DNA of 64,000 nucleotides from Carcharhinus amblyrhynchos (taxonomy: Eukaryota): NCBI GenBank assembly GCA_965287045.1, contig OZ336885.1, positions 63,612,001-63,676,000 on the forward strand, read 5' to 3'. The notes under the pieces were generated by a model. It was given only the letters and a program-made list of their open reading frames with translations. It did no database searches and had not been told where the DNA came from. Position 1 is the first letter of the stretch; each line of letters starts with the position of its first letter. This document shows positions 49,630 to 63,700 of the stretch, one piece after another. The position numbers and the translations under genes are program-made.

Positions 49630-51460
49630 AAAGAACAAAGAACTACACGGGAAACTGGCCCTTCGGCCCAACGAACCCGCGTTGCCATCTCAACAAACAT
49701 TTGTCCTACACCTCAACTGACCCGTGTCTATGCTTATGGTACCCCCATTGGAAAACAGACTCAGGGGAAAATAATTTAGGGACAATTTGTTGCACCAAAC
49801 AGCCTAAGAGCACGTTTGGGTTGTGGGAGGAAACCGGAGCACCCGGAGGAAACCCACGCAACCACAGGGAGAATGCGCAAACTCCCACAGACTCTGGCCC
49901 AAATCCATGTATATGCCCAGCTAGCAGTGATAGTCACTGAACAGTTGTGGTGCCCATCTGCTGGTCCAGTTTTAAGCATGCACGAACGACGCGAAGCACT
50001 AGGCCACTCTCGAAACATCCAAGAGCAGCGACCCACCGTGTGCACGACCCTCGTTAGGCAACAAGGTGGACCGACGCACCCGCGGAGGAAAAGAGACAAA
50101 ACATCAAAACATGGGGCATTAGATTTCCAGTAACGTCCCGAGGCTCCGACCCTTATTTAAAAACGTCTCCTATAACCCTCCATGCGTGTTTCGCTCATGT
50201 GCCAATCTAAGTAAACCTTAAACAAGTCCAGCGTGCCTCCCTCCACCACCTTACTTGGCAGTGCATTCCATACCCCCACGACCCTTGTGTGGAAAACCTC
50301 CATCTAGCATCCAAAATACACTTCTCCCCCCTCCCCCCCCCCCAGCTCGTGACCCTTCGTGGTGTTTGTCTCCAATCTGGAAAAAGCCTGCCACTGTTTA
50401 CTCCATCTACACCCTTCATTATTTTATACTCCTCTATCAGATCCCCCTTTAATCTCCGTCTTTCTAAGGAAAAGAGCCCCAGTTTACCCAATCTTACCTC
50501 ATAACCCATTCCTTCCATACCAGGCAGCATCCTGGTCAACCTCCTCTGCACTCTCTCCACGGTCCCCACGTCCTTCCTTCAGTAAGGTGACCAGACCTGG
50601 ATGCAGTACTCCAAATGCGGTCTAACCAAAGTTCTGTACCACTGTAGCATTAGACGCCAGCTCTTATACTCTATACCCCTTCCTGTAAAGGCTAGCATAC
50701 CGTAAGCTTTCTTCACAACGTTCTCCACCTGGGTTTCCATCTTCAGAGTCTTGTGCACTTGCACTCCGAGGTCCCTCTGCATTTCTATACTCTTAATTGG
50801 TCAACCCTTTATCATGTAACTCCTCCCTGCATTATTCCTTCCAAAATACATCACCTCGCATTTATCAGGATTAAATTCCATCTGCCATCTATCTGCCCAA
50901 TATACGACTCTATCTATATCCTGCTGTGTCACCTGACAATCCTCCTCGCTATCCGCCAATCCTGCCATCTTTGTGTCATGTGCAAACTTGCTGATCACAC
51001 CACGTACGCCCTCTTCCAAGTCATTTATATATATTATGAAAAGAAGAGATCCCAGTACTGAGCCCGACCGCACATCACTGGTGACAGACCTCCAGCTAGA
51101 AAAGGACGTTTCCACTACTACTCTCTGTCTCCTGTTGCCTAGGCAGTGATCAATCCATCTAGATACCTATCCCTGTATCCCATGTGCCTTAAACTTTTCT
51201 CTCAGCCTACCGTGAGGGACTTTGCCAAACGCCTTTCTGAAATCCATATGTATGACATCAACGGCTCGTCCATCGTCAACCGTGTTTCTCACCTCCTCAA
51301 AAAATTCTACCAGATTCGTAAGGCAAGACCTCCCCTGAACAAAGCCATGCTGCGTATCCCTAATCAGATCGCAACGCTCCAAATGCTAATACATCCTATC
51401 ACTAAGAATTTTTTTTCGATCAACTTTTTTACCACTGACGTCAAATGCTCTCATTTAGGT
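49630..51460 (-). mobile_element. Moderately young CR1 LINE (RT core to 3' UTR) with a V-SINE-derived segment at its 3' end
   Basis: Collinear minus ORFs: QHGFVQGRSCLTNLVEFFEEV..DFRKAFGKVPH; GSVLGSLLFIIYINDL..SKFAHDTK..WQMEFNPDKC; RDLGV..LVRPHLEYCIQVWSP; LGLFSLERRRLKGDLIE. These are followed by a GC-rich linker and a SINE-like 49630-49970. Confidence 0.93.
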
Positions 51461-52339
51461 GTCATTCAAACACTGATAGTGATCTAATAGTCCATAGCTT
51501 GCAATCCTATTTGAAGAGGCTCCGAGGCTGCAGATGTTAAAAAGTAAAACCTCCGCTGCCTCTCTAAACGCCGATTCCAACAGATTTTTTTTTGTTACAT
51601 CAGTAACTACAACGCTGGCTAAATTAAAAAGGAATCGTTTGCCTGATCGTATCTAGACGAAGTGTTCGGGTAATAGCATGAGGATGACTTCCACTAGATT
51701 CCAGGTCCGACATTATAGAAACTCTAGCTGCACATTCCTACCTCGTTATTGATATCACTGGCCAACATGCAGGTATGGTGGATAAAAATGCCCCACTCAC
51801 ATTTTACCATATTACCGATCATGAGGAATGGCATTGAAATCGGGTTAAGGAAATAGAATTAATAGTAGCCAAAGTTTCTCATTTGGCACCTTGAGCCTGA
51901 CCAACGATTCAACAAATCTTCACTGACCTTTGTGTACTTAGTTTTACATTCAACTTTACCTGCAATAACATTAATACTTGTTCCAACATGAATTTGGTAT
52001 CACTGTTAAAAAGTGAAACATCGATCCCACATGCAACATCCTTCTGACACATTCGATTCCAAATTTGCATTACTCTCTGAAAAGAAGGCAAATGTATATC
52101 TCTATTCCAAAAAAAATGACAGTTTAAAATCACAGCCCACTAATACCGAACGCAACCAGAATAGATCAAAAGCTCGAAACGTCCAATACGTCAAATACTA
52201 TATGGCATCATACTACTGAGTAAAATAAAATCAAGCCAGTTCTCACAAGTTTATGTTCAACCCATTCTCACAGAGACACAACAGTTGAAATGAATCAGTG
52301 TAGTCAATTGGCATCTACACACCTAAACCTTTGATTAAA

Positions 52340-53075
52340 TTCGATTTGATTTATGTAGCAACATGCATTCGTATAGAGAGAAATGGCTTGCTTTTTGCGC
52401 ACTATGTTGACAAACTGTAGCGTAAATGGAGAAGGAAAGGAGACTGTAGCATTACACTACTAGCTAGGCTGCACGTAAGATGAAAAAATATGAAGTAGTT
52501 CCATTCAGAAATCTGGCGAAAGCAGCGGAAATGCTACTCTTGGTTAGTTGTGTGTATGCTCTCACAGTTTTGTATTGTTTTCCCAACAGAATAAGTAGCA
52601 CTGAATATTTTCTGCGTCTGTAGAGTCCATAATTATGATTTTTTTTTATCGATGCAGCAGAATCAGTTGACATCGTCAGTGAATTGATGCACTTTTACGT
52701 GATGGACTCAGCTTTGTTCACGATATTTTGTCGGCCCGGACAGAGGAGAGCCACACCAAGCTGTGAAACAACCAGATGTAATGCTTTTATGGCGAATCTG
52801 TAAATGTCAATAAGAGGCGCAGCAGACATGCAAAGTATCTTTTGCCTCTTGGGGAAAAACATAGAGCCGATGTTGGGCTTTTTAGCCTATAACGTCGATA
52901 TAGAGGGAGGGGCAGTTTGTTGTTGATCTGGACAGCCAACAACCTGAAGATCACAAATTTGTCCCTAATGATGTTGACCACGGCATTTCCCCCACTACGC
53001 TTCCTGCAGTCGAAGTCTATTTTCCTTTTATTGGCAGTGACAGAACAATCATTGACGTTGAACCAGCAAATCAAA

Positions 53076-53117
<42 letters not shown>

Positions 53118-53580
53118 TGGACTCCGTCTTATTATTGCTGAGATCTGACACACTGCAGTGATGTCATCAGCAAATTGAAAATCGACTTGTCTGTGAATCT
53201 AACTACGCAGACATAGGCGTATAATGAATGCAGTAAAGGGCAAGGGGCACATCATTATGGAGCATCAATGTTGAGGATGATTGTGGGAAAGATGCTGCTA
53301 ACGCTTACTGATTGTCCTCCATTGGTTCAGTCGTCTCGAGTTCAGTTGCAGAGGGAGGAGCCGATCCCAAAGCCATGGAGTTTGGAGGTGAGTCTTGGAT
53401 GAAGAATGTATTTTTGTGGGCTGAGACATGGCCAATAAATAGGAGTCTGGCATCTGTTATTTTGCCAACCAGATTGAGTCTACGGCGAGGGGACGTGCTT
53501 CTGACCTTTTCAGTTTTAGTTAAACTCCTTTGGATCCCGTCAATCTGGTGGACTGCAATGTATTGCATATCTGATTAAAT
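52340..53580 (-). mobile_element. Decayed Rex1/Babar LINE
   Basis: Minus strand reads ARLLFI (like YVRLLFIDYS), KLHGFGIGSSLCN, QSVSVSS..TIILNIDAP, IFQFADDITAV and DCRKRSGG. Rex1-like 3' end near 52340-52410. Confidence 0.8.
53076..53116. repeat. (CT)n microsatellite expanded within Rex1
   Basis: Directly visible, with one interruption. Confidence 0.93.
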
Positions 53581-53589
53581 GCTCAGACA

Positions 53590-54400
53590 AAACTACACAA
53601 TACGTTCGAGATGCGGCTTTGCCAAACTCCTGACAAGAACAACATCCTCAGATGTATGTCCATTCCCTACTGTAATGAACGATGCACTTCGATGAGCCTT
53701 CCAGTTGGTGTGCAAGAACTTCACACTAAGTTTCCCACGATGATAGAGAGAAATAAATAAATAACCCACCCTGCACATCAGTATTCTGCAATTCATCAAA
53801 GCAAGACTTTGAGATAATATACCTCCTGACAAAGTAACTACCATCATATTTTCCACTTTGTACTCCAATTGCATTTTGCACTCTCTTTCAAGGTATCTAT
53901 ATCCGCCTGCAAACTTTGTATTTTGTATCTACAATAATTTTACCTGCCCATATTTGTGTCGTCGGAAAATGTCGATAATATTCTTTCCACTTCTCAGCTA
54001 AGACATTGAAAGTAGCCGTTAAGAAGCTATAGCCTCAGAAGATACCTCAGTGGACTTTATTTGTAATCCATCAAACTTGTTTACACTCTCATCGTGTCAG
54101 AATCTTCCCAATGCAATCCATAATCACGTTGCCTGGAAATGTCTTTACTTACAAAAGTATCACGCTGGAGCATCAATGTTCGTTCACTGGACAGTATACC
54201 GAAGTTCGGAAAGGAAATTTAGGGTTTTCTATTTGGTTGTTTAATCTGTTAATGCCATCGTTCATTTTGTAGTTAAATTCTTATTTCGTCTGTAGCAGCT
54301 ACAATTGAACTGTATTCTGCAAGTGAGCTCATGTATTTAGTTAATTCCAGCATTCAGAATCCCTGAGCGATTCTCAGCCCCTGACGATATGTAGTTAATT
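53590..54400 (-). mobile_element. Decayed CR1 RT fragment
   Basis: LVRSLAKPHLE (53593-53874) and an FSDDT motif at ~53955-53970. Confidence 0.65.
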
Positions 54401-55629
54401 ATCTCTGTGTTCTACACGTTTTTTTTTGCTTCAATCACATTTCAGTTATCAAAACTGTTCGTGCACCCACATTTTTCGTGTATCAAGACACTGACTGAAA
54501 ACTTGTACTTTGGTGAATGATGTAATTCATGTCCGTATATTGACCTGATACTTGTGTTTAAATCTAATCGACTAATTAGTCATAGGACTTTAATCCTGTC
54601 CAGCAGACAGAGTGGACGATCCCACGCACAGCTCAAGTGTTGAATACTTAACTATTCAACTGATGGCCGACTGTTTATATTTGCATATTTGAGATTTTAT
54701 TCTCCAATTTTACTTCAGTAACGCTAATACTGTCAGAATGTTCACTTAAGATCAAGGCGCACATATTCTAATTTTAAATTTGCGCTGCAAAAAAAAACTG
54801 TTTTAAACAATAGTTAGTATTGACTGGAAGTCACCATGTATGGAAGCTTTTTTTTCGTTATCTTCTAGATACATAAAACTCACTCAGCTTGGAGGCTGAT
54901 TAGTCAATTAGTTACTTCCAGTAAAATGGCACCTGTGGTCTCAGTAGTCCGTAGTCATCAACTGAGGGATATCATCCGCATCAAGAGACAGAGGCAACAG
55001 AAGAAATGACTTTTTAGGCACACTTAATTCAACTGATGTAAAGAATTTAATAAAAGAATTTCGGTGAGTATAATGATGTTGAGGTTGCAACACATATTGA
55101 TCAATCCTATGCATATTCATTTACGGAATATGCTTGAGGTTTTCAATGTCTCATTCTGCTCCTGTTTTACTGTTTCTTTATTTGTATATGCTATTCACAG
55201 TGGGAGAAAACAGCATAAATTCAACAACAAATATCTCACTTGCATTTTTTTTTTTGGTTTTCTTCAGGAGCGCCAAGTGATGAATGGACACATTTCTTCA
55301 TCCCAAGTGTAAAAAGAAAACAACCACAAGAAAATATGCAACATTTATTGACTTGGTAACAGTTCAACAGTTATCCAAAGATCTGCCAAAGTAAATGAGA
55401 ATCATGTACACATTTGATAGCTTTTGAACCTTATAATGCGCCAGAAGAAAACAAAAAGCACGTTTTCAATCAGCTTAGTCGCAATGCATTGTTGCATAAG
55501 TCATAATTTGCGAAAAACGTTGGCTTAACTATTTTCATTTTTTTTTATTATTATGGTTCTTCCATTACCAGGGAAGAACTTTTGATGTATTGATCGCACA
55601 TCGATCAACGTTATCATCTACTCGTGACG

Positions 55630-56340
55630 CTGAAGGAAACTTCCCATATTGAACAAGACGTAGTATACAACCAACAATGCCCAGATAGGTGTGAAGTAGT
55701 ATCCTCATTAAAGAGTAACAAAGCAATGGCAATCACCTAAAACAGCACACGTAGGCACTTCCTGTTGAATTTTGCATGCATTACTATTGTTGATTCAAAA
55801 TCAAAACAACCGGTGGGTTCCATTTAACAGATGGAGGTCAGGACTACCATATAATTAACATGAGTAACTAGTCGAATATTAAGGTCATTTAGTGATATTA
55901 TATGAGCCCGCGGCATGTGATGCGACATTCATGACAATGCAAGCTGACGATATGTGCCGACATAACGCATTCACTCATTCAAGAACGTGGACGGGTGCAC
56001 ACCATAGACCACCGTAATGATGCATCACAACAATCCAGCATATGCATGGAAGACGGTAGCACGTTCATTGGATCATTACTGCTAGCAAGTTGCACTCGAA
56101 TCCGCAGATCATTGTGCGTTGGAAGGGCATTGATGTTACTAACGTACTGACAAGGAAAACATGGTGACAATGCTCTTTGCCCCCAGTAGCCGAGCCGAAA
56201 TTCACTGCGGCAAATGATGCACAAAATGGATTGCATTTGATCAATGATACCGCGTTCCCAAGTCAAATTAAATCTGGACATTGATATTTTAGCATCTACA
56301 ACTACTCATCAGCTGATGTGCCCAGAAAATAACGGCAAAA
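55630..56340 (+). mobile_element. Decayed jockey-group LINE 3' fragment (family of 26520-28720)
   Basis: aaagcaatggcaatcacc (like CQAMTIS), accagctgacg/cattcactc..gtggacgggtgc and cccaagtca..ctggacattgatatt segments parallel the reverse complement of 26520-27260. Confidence 0.5.
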
Positions 56341-56429
56341 TGTTATTGTCCTTCATATCCCGCAATACAGCTTGTTCTAGGCTAAATCAGTACACAAGCT
56401 ACATGAAAATCCATTACAAATATTTCTTT

Positions 56430-57300
56430 AGAAATTCAACAACATTCGATTTTATATAATTTATTACTCCATTTTTTTCTCATCCATTCGTCAGTGTTTG
56501 ATGAAGAATCCCCAACATCCGATCAGTGCAGTCTAATTGGACACGGTTTAAGAAAACGATGGATCAAATCCCATAACATACGACTAGAGTTTGTTGGACA
56601 TCTCAAAAAAAGTCTATATACTTTTTGTAATCTCGTCGTTCTTTGGACTGCTGAAAAAAGACTGCCAGCCATGCGTTTACATTTCAAAGGATGCTTTCAG
56701 TTGTCGTTCGAAATTTCGTGACTTCCAAACTCAAAGTTGCAACTGGCTTTGCTGATTGTATCAATAATTGCCTTTGTTTATATTTTTCTTTAATGACACT
56801 CCTCATTTTTCTAAGCGCATCGACAGTTTTTTTTTAATACTCCTGCTGCATTTCTGACCGATAGATAAATACATTGGAACATATGCCTCTGCTTCATTAG
56901 ATCGTCTACAAGTGGCACTGGGGTTCGGATCTTGTTCTATTTTGTGCCTTGGAATGAAATAATAAATGTCATAACATTTTTTCCCCACGGGCTTTGTTCC
57001 GCTATTCCTCAAATCACACCGAGCATATTGGATAGTTCAATGTCAAATATTAATTTATATCCCATATGAATTTTCTTTCAAATTGCCAATGCATTCACAA
57101 CTTATCGCTAACCTTTACCACAATGGAGGTCACTGCCAAAACTCTCCACTCATTACTGCTCAAAAAAGATTGCATATTGGATCATGTAATCGCGTGCACG
57201 ACAACAAGAAGCATTAATCGTAGGATGCTGCTGATGCAATTTCACTAAGAAATGAAAAGATTTTCCCCCCTATTTCACAACAGTATTTTTCTCAGTGTCA
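56430..57300 (-). mobile_element. Very decayed CR1 RT fragment
   Basis: gattgtatcaataattgcc, ttcaatgtcaaatatt and cactgccaaaactctccact segments resemble the reverse CR1 RT region. Confidence 0.4.
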
Positions 57301-57996
57301 AAGTGTATCATGCGTAATAATCTTGACATTATTATTCTTGCAAACAATTCAGTCGACAACATTAGTATCACTCTGCTCTTCATGTTGTCAGCATGGACTG
57401 TAAAATCCAAGAATCTCGTTTTCTGCGTATCACTAAAATAATGAACTAATAACTTCACATACTCTTAGCCCTGGCGTTCAAAATTTGATAACTTCAATAT
57501 TTGTCTAAGTGGACAGAAATACATTAAATTCATTTCCGATCCGGGCAATTCCACCTGGTCGTTTTAGTTAAATCCAAATTGAAGGATCATGGCACGAACA
57601 AAATTTCTGGACAGTACCCATTTCTGGCTTTTGCAATATTCTGAAAATTGCTTTTTTCATGAGTGCTTCAGGGCATCTAGGCCATTTCTTTAATAAGATT
57701 GACAGTAAATTTGTTTTGAGTTCAGTGCTGTCGCTGCAAGATTAACCTTTGTACAATCTACTGCGAGCTCTAACCAAGCTGGAAGAAGAGTGGCAGAAAA
57801 ATGGCTGCTCCAAATGGAGCGTTGGATACCCGGGAAAGTGTTCAAATGAGGTGCAATATAATTAGGCTATACGATCAATTTTCGCTCGGAATTTCCCAAA
57901 TGCAACTTTTATTTAATTGTCTCACTTATTTTAAGGTATGATCACAATTGATATTTTATGACGTAAGATGATAGTGCCTCAGATTGGCAATTTGAA

Positions 57997-58101
57997 TACA
58001 CACATACACAAAATACAAACACATACACACGCACACATACTCACACACACAAACACACACACACACACACACACGCACACACACATACACACAAACATAC
58101 A
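57997..58101. repeat. Imperfect (CA)n microsatellite
   Basis: Directly visible interrupted CA/TA run. Confidence 0.9.
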
Positions 58102-59170
58102 TTGAATTTAATGTAATGCAGAGTAATGTATTGATGTATTGATCTTTTACTTCTGGTATAATTATTTTATCATTCCATAAATTTGATTTATGTTCTTGAA
58201 GTTTTCATTTTATCCGTGTCCACTACTTATTTCCCTTGTGAAAAGGAGTTAACATTTTGTGTTTCGGAAGCACGTAATTTGTATGTGCTCATGTTTCATT
58301 GACTTCAGGATGTCGCTTGATCATTCGAGGACGGTTAACTATTAAATACATTCGATGTATTTTAGTTTATAAGACCGACCTATGAGCGCAGCAATATACG
58401 TTTATTGATAATTACTTTTGAGAAGCTTTGTAAATTATCTTATTTTCATTATTACAACACAACTCATGGTTTGAATGTGTTACTAATTTTATGAATTTGC
58501 ATCGGCAGCATTTATTTTTAACCTAATTCGTGCAGTAGGCCCAGCGTCTATATAGTTGTCAAACTTATGGCGGCTATACATCTGTACCCTGCATTATGGT
58601 GTGTACCATGGCCAAATCAACTATATCAGGCTGTAATATGGAGAGTTTTGCCAATCAATTACCATGCCCACTTTACTTGTAGAACTACGAAAAAAAAACA
58701 ATTTTCACTGTACTAAAAATCTGGTTGATTTTTTTTTTCCAGTTATGGATACTCAGGTAATTTCGATAAATCATTTTGCTACAAATCCGTTTAGACAACT
58801 GAGAGGGTAAAAATATCATACGTATTTTACCAAAAAATAAGTCTTCGCTCTGTGGCAATCCTGTAATGGAAAATAAAACTGTTAATAAAATGTGCATGTT
58901 CTCATTCCATATGAGCAGAACATTTGTGATGCAGCTTTCTTTTCTGACACAGCCACGAAATTAGGCCATGCAATGTTATGGCAATGTACACACTCGATTG
59001 AATGACAATCAACAGAGTCCCACTCTCTTTCACTTTATCGCATGTCTGAATCACTTATCACTTTTATGAGGGCTGTTTCCACGGAAAATCAATAATTTGA
59101 AGTCTTCAATCACAAATCCAATGTTCTGGAAAATAATATTAATTCCAAATGTGAAAGAGTTGGCGCGTAT

Positions 59171-59257
59171 GGGGACGAGGGGACGGGGGGGGGGGGGGGG
59201 GGGGGGGTTGGGGGGGGTGGAGGAGGTGGGACGGGTGGGGGGGGGGTGGTGGGGGGT
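59171..59257 (+). repeat. G-rich low-complexity tract with a G23 run (G-quadruplex potential)
   Basis: Multiple G-runs; longest 59185-59207. Confidence 0.85.
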
Positions 59258-59306
59258 GTTGGTGTTCTACCATTTTTAACATTTTCGATTTATTCCCTTT
59301 AGGAAA

Positions 59307-59417
59307 AACATAAGAAATAGGAGCAGGAGTAGGCCATCTAGCCCTTAGAGCCTGACCCGCCATTCAATAAGATCATGGCTGTACTGAAGTGGATCAGTTC
59401 CACTTTCCCGCTTTCTC
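59307..59417 (-). mobile_element. Very short young CR1 3' UTR fragment
   Basis: Reverse complement of gcgggaaagtggaactgatccacttcag..gccatgatcttattgaatggcggg..ctcctatttcttatgtt; most similar to 46130-46247. Confidence 0.92.
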
Positions 59418-61689
59418 GATCCGTAACCAGTAGCATGTTTTTTTCTCTACATACTCTACACAATAATTCAACAGGCTAAACATTTATATCAGTTCAATTC
59501 TCGTCTTGTTGTTATTTTCCTGATCTAATGAGAATAAATCCAATGCGTCCATCACATTGCAGTCTCTCATGGCAGACCCTATTATTGGTATTGTCACGGG
59601 ATAAGAGTCAGGTTGAACGTGTGGTGTATCAAATAACTTTCAAGGCAAGATGTAACTGAATTCGTGTTTTGCATAAGGTCAGCAGAACTTTCCGATTGAT
59701 GTCCCTTATACCGAACTGTTTCAATAAATATGAGATCCGCATGATATACTGCCTTATATGCTCTTATATTCGAGAAAGATAAACATATCGAATAACGAAA
59801 GGAAAACAAGAACAAAATGCGACTGTACCTGCCGCTTTCATCTGCTAATGAGAAATTAACTGATTATTTCATACTTTTTTTTCTTTTTTTATGTAAACGA
59901 GATAGCGATTAAAGGTTAATGTTCGTTTCATAACGTTAAGCATGAAACTGACTGAACAATGTCAAATTTCTGACCTACCTTTGCTCAACGAAAAGCCAAA
60001 CAACAACTGTTATATTATCATCCCGTATTTCAAATTCAAATCTGTGGTAACGCCCGCATTATCTGTCTAACGGAATTCCCCAAACATTCGAGAGCTACAT
60101 GATGCATTCTGATGGCACTTGATCTTAACAAGATCGGCATCTGCTCAAATCATTGCTCCTAAGCCAATCAAAACTTTATTAAGTAACAGTAGTTGGCAAC
60201 AGTAGAAACACAGTTCAGCGTTTCTATTCTCGGACAGTGTGTAACAAATAAGCAGCCAAATGTGTCATTTTCTCGTTTAATTTTTAAATCTACATAATCT
60301 ATCACCCTTCATTCACCTCACCGTTTTAACATGATTAATTTACGTCATTGTTTGTCATAATTACTTGCACTACATTCCATTAAATTGATCCATTTTCCGT
60401 GCTATAATACTCGCTTTATGTTTATTTATTCAACTCGTTTTCTAATCTTTGTGAGGATCGAAACAACATAAACGTTTTTTTCTTAACTCTTCCTGAAAGG
60501 GAACCCTATATTTTAGTGCAGGCTCTGAATTTTGCAGATGAGATTAACTGCAGAGGTTTTCTGAGTCATTTTTCATATAATTGTGCAATTGTAAATTGCA
60601 AGTAACCAACAGAAGCTGATTTCTAGCATCCGGGTTCATTTTCCACTGTGAATGACAATGAATGACTGGTGAATCTTCACCCAACCAGCTTACAGGTTTC
60701 TGTTAATTACAACAGCAGATTAGTGGAATAATAATGGAAAACAAAACTCCACGTTACCTGCTGCAGGCGCTGGAAAATTTTAGTTACACCCTTCAATATT
60801 AACCCATCACTTATGAAATTTGTCCTTACGCAATGCCTTCCAAGGCATCTAAGTTACAAAAAGCCCTTACATTTCAGAATAAACTAAAAAAAAAAATCCT
60901 CTTGGCTTTGGTTCGTCTGCAGAGCGAAAAAAAAGAGGTGCAATTTTGAACGTTTCGTTGTAAGAGGCGAAAATTCCTTCGTATGAAGCATATTTGAGAA
61001 GAGAAGCGTGAGTTTCAGCAGCAATAGCAACAACAGTGAGTTTCTAATGGTCCACAGAGGATAAAAACAATGTCAGGCATTATCACTATATCAAAACCGA
61101 ACTCATTTCAAAAATAGCAAAAAAAAACAGTTCCCGTTCTAAAGTTGTGTTCTCCATGGGATTGCACTTGCAGTTTGTTGTTATAAAAGCTGCTATTCTA
61201 TAGGAGAGAGAGAAAAACACAACTTTAGTTAAAGTATAAGTTCACCGATATTTCGATGCCTGCAGAGAGTTAAACTGTATTTATTCCATTTGGTTGACAC
61301 GACTTTTATATGGAACAGCCTATTTTCTACACAAGTTAATTCCTGATGCCAAGTGGCTGGTTAGGTCACGTTTCATCAGGAATAACGATGTTTATTATTT
61401 CTGTCTATCCAAAGGCACGATGAAAACTTCAGTGAAAATAATACAAACATTTTGCAATCAGTTACGCGAGTCATGTGCTAGTTTATCAACCTCGGATCAA
61501 TATGACACAAATGCTGTATCCACGTACAATAAATAATACTATTCCAGAATGTTTTATGCGAAAAACAAAGTCATATGATCTTAGATTAATTTAGTCATCA
61601 AATCATAGATATGTGCAGCGAATAAAATACACTCAAGCCAATATCTACACATTAGAAACAACTGAACCAGTACCTAATGCTATTGTCAG

Positions 61690-63700
61690 CACTCTTCACT
61701 TAGCACTGAACGTTATAATCCCTCATCCAGACATTTTTAAAGGTTGTAATGCAAGTCGCCTCCAACAGCCACCCGCAAAGCACATTCCAGATCGTCATCA
61801 CGCTCTGGGTAAAATTACTTCTTTCCTCACCCCAACACACCCCCTCTCTCCCGCCCCCAATCCTGCATATGATCTTGTCCATCACTTTTAACCTAAGCTC
61901 GTGACTGACCATTCAATAATTGGGAACATCAGTTCTTGTTCCACTCTGTAAATGCCTCTCGTAATTGTGTATTGCTAAGGTTGTCCCTTAGTCTTCTCTG
62001 CTCCAACGAGAGCAATGCAACTCCATACAGCCTCTCTTCAAAAATTAAATATTTCATCCCAGGCAACATTCTGGCTTGTCCCCTCTGATGTTCGTTCCCT
62101 CCCATGCCTCCCACTACCCTCTTCACTACAGTGCAGTCACATACTTGTGGCGACCAAGCTGCCCAGTGCACTCCCCGCCCTATTGGCATGTCCTTTCACC
62201 TTCAAAAGTCTGTGGACAACACCACAATTTACTATTGTTCCAATTGCATCCATTGACTACTTCCTTGTTAAATGACTCATTGCAAAGTGTACCATCCCTC
62301 AGTTTTCAGGTTTAACTTTCATCTGCAATCTATCTGCCCATGTGTTCATTCAGTCCATATTATCTCAGGCCAAGACACTATGACTCATTGTTAGCCATCG
62401 CTTCAAACTCTGTATCACCTACAAACTTACCAATGCTACCATTAGCACGTCATTTCAGCTATGTATATCAACTACTAGTGATAATACAAATCCCTGTTTT
62501 ACGCCACTGAACATTGGCCTCCAGGCATGAAAACTGCATTCTGTCATCCATCGGCTTCCTAAGGTATTAGAATCAACATCATCAGATTACCGTGTATCTC
62601 ATGTGAGTTTACCTTATTAACAATCCTCCAATGTGGAATCCTGTCAAAGTGTTTTTTTTTTCTGAAATCCATACCGTGCATATACTGCACCACCCGAATC
62701 TTCTCAGCTGGTCAAATCCTCAAAACAATCAATCAAATTTGTCAGGCTGGACAATTTTTTGACGAAGTCATGGTGAATGGTCCTGAACGAGGGTTGTTTT
62801 TGCAATTCAAGAAAGATACTCAAAAATAAATTTCTCCAATAATTTCCCTAACACTGACTTGAGACTCAGTACCTGGAGTCCGCTGGTCTCTACAACTTTT
62901 CGAAAATCGCACGAAGTTATCAATTGTTTCCCATCCGTCTGGCATTTTGTGTTGCCAGGTAATAATTGAAATTTAGCCCCTGCATCTCCTACATTGCCTG
63001 CCACAACTACCCTAGACACAATCCAACAGAAACGGAAGATTTATCCAATTTTAAGGGTGCCCATACCTCCACAATCTAATCCATCTCTCACGCTGCTTTC
63101 TCAAGAATCTCAAAGTGCCTATTACTGAACTCCATACCATGGTCCCCATTCACTTGGATGAATGCAGATATGGAGTTTTCATGCAACATTCTACCAACGT
63201 GCTTTGTACGCACTCACAGATTGCCCAACAAATCCCTAATGGGTCCTAATATTTGTTTGGTTGTCCTCTTCCAGTGATATATTTCGACAATATCTTGGGA
63301 TTTTCCATATCTTTAATTAACAAATGTATGCCATACCCCCACTTTGCATTACCAAATGATTTTTTACTCTCCATCCTGCAGTTTGTGTACCTCACAAATC
63401 CTCCAACAATCCCCCCTCACCCCACTCGGACATTCTATGAACCATTATTTTATTTCTCACTGAATGCTGAACATTTCTCATTCTCCATGTTTTTCTGTGC
63501 GTGTATTCCTAATTCTCACCACAGAGGGAAAAAAAGTTCCGCTTCCACACTTCCTATTTCATTTTCTGAATTACTTCTGCCAACACTGCTCTTCTGTGCT
63601 TTGTTTTCCCTATTCGTAACTGTTGCCAGGCAACTTTGGGCAGATCGTGTTTTTTGTTTCTTCCATCCGCAGCATTAGAAACATAAATCATTCCCACGAT
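61690..63700 (-). mobile_element. Old decayed CR1 ORF2
   Basis: NFTQSVMTIWNVL (61700-61912), RMLPGM..FEERL..LLSLEQRRLRDNL (61929-62189), KFVGDT (~62420) and LSLKSVLGKLLEKFI (62807-63019), in CR1 order. Confidence 0.75.

Noticed and set aside
53309-53570. Apparent minus-strand exon (aatcAG..CA|gtaagc) with an 87-aa ORF
   Set aside because: It is Rex1 RT sequence (RLLFI, KLHG.G.GSSLCN, QSV), and the donor-like motif is part of the element.
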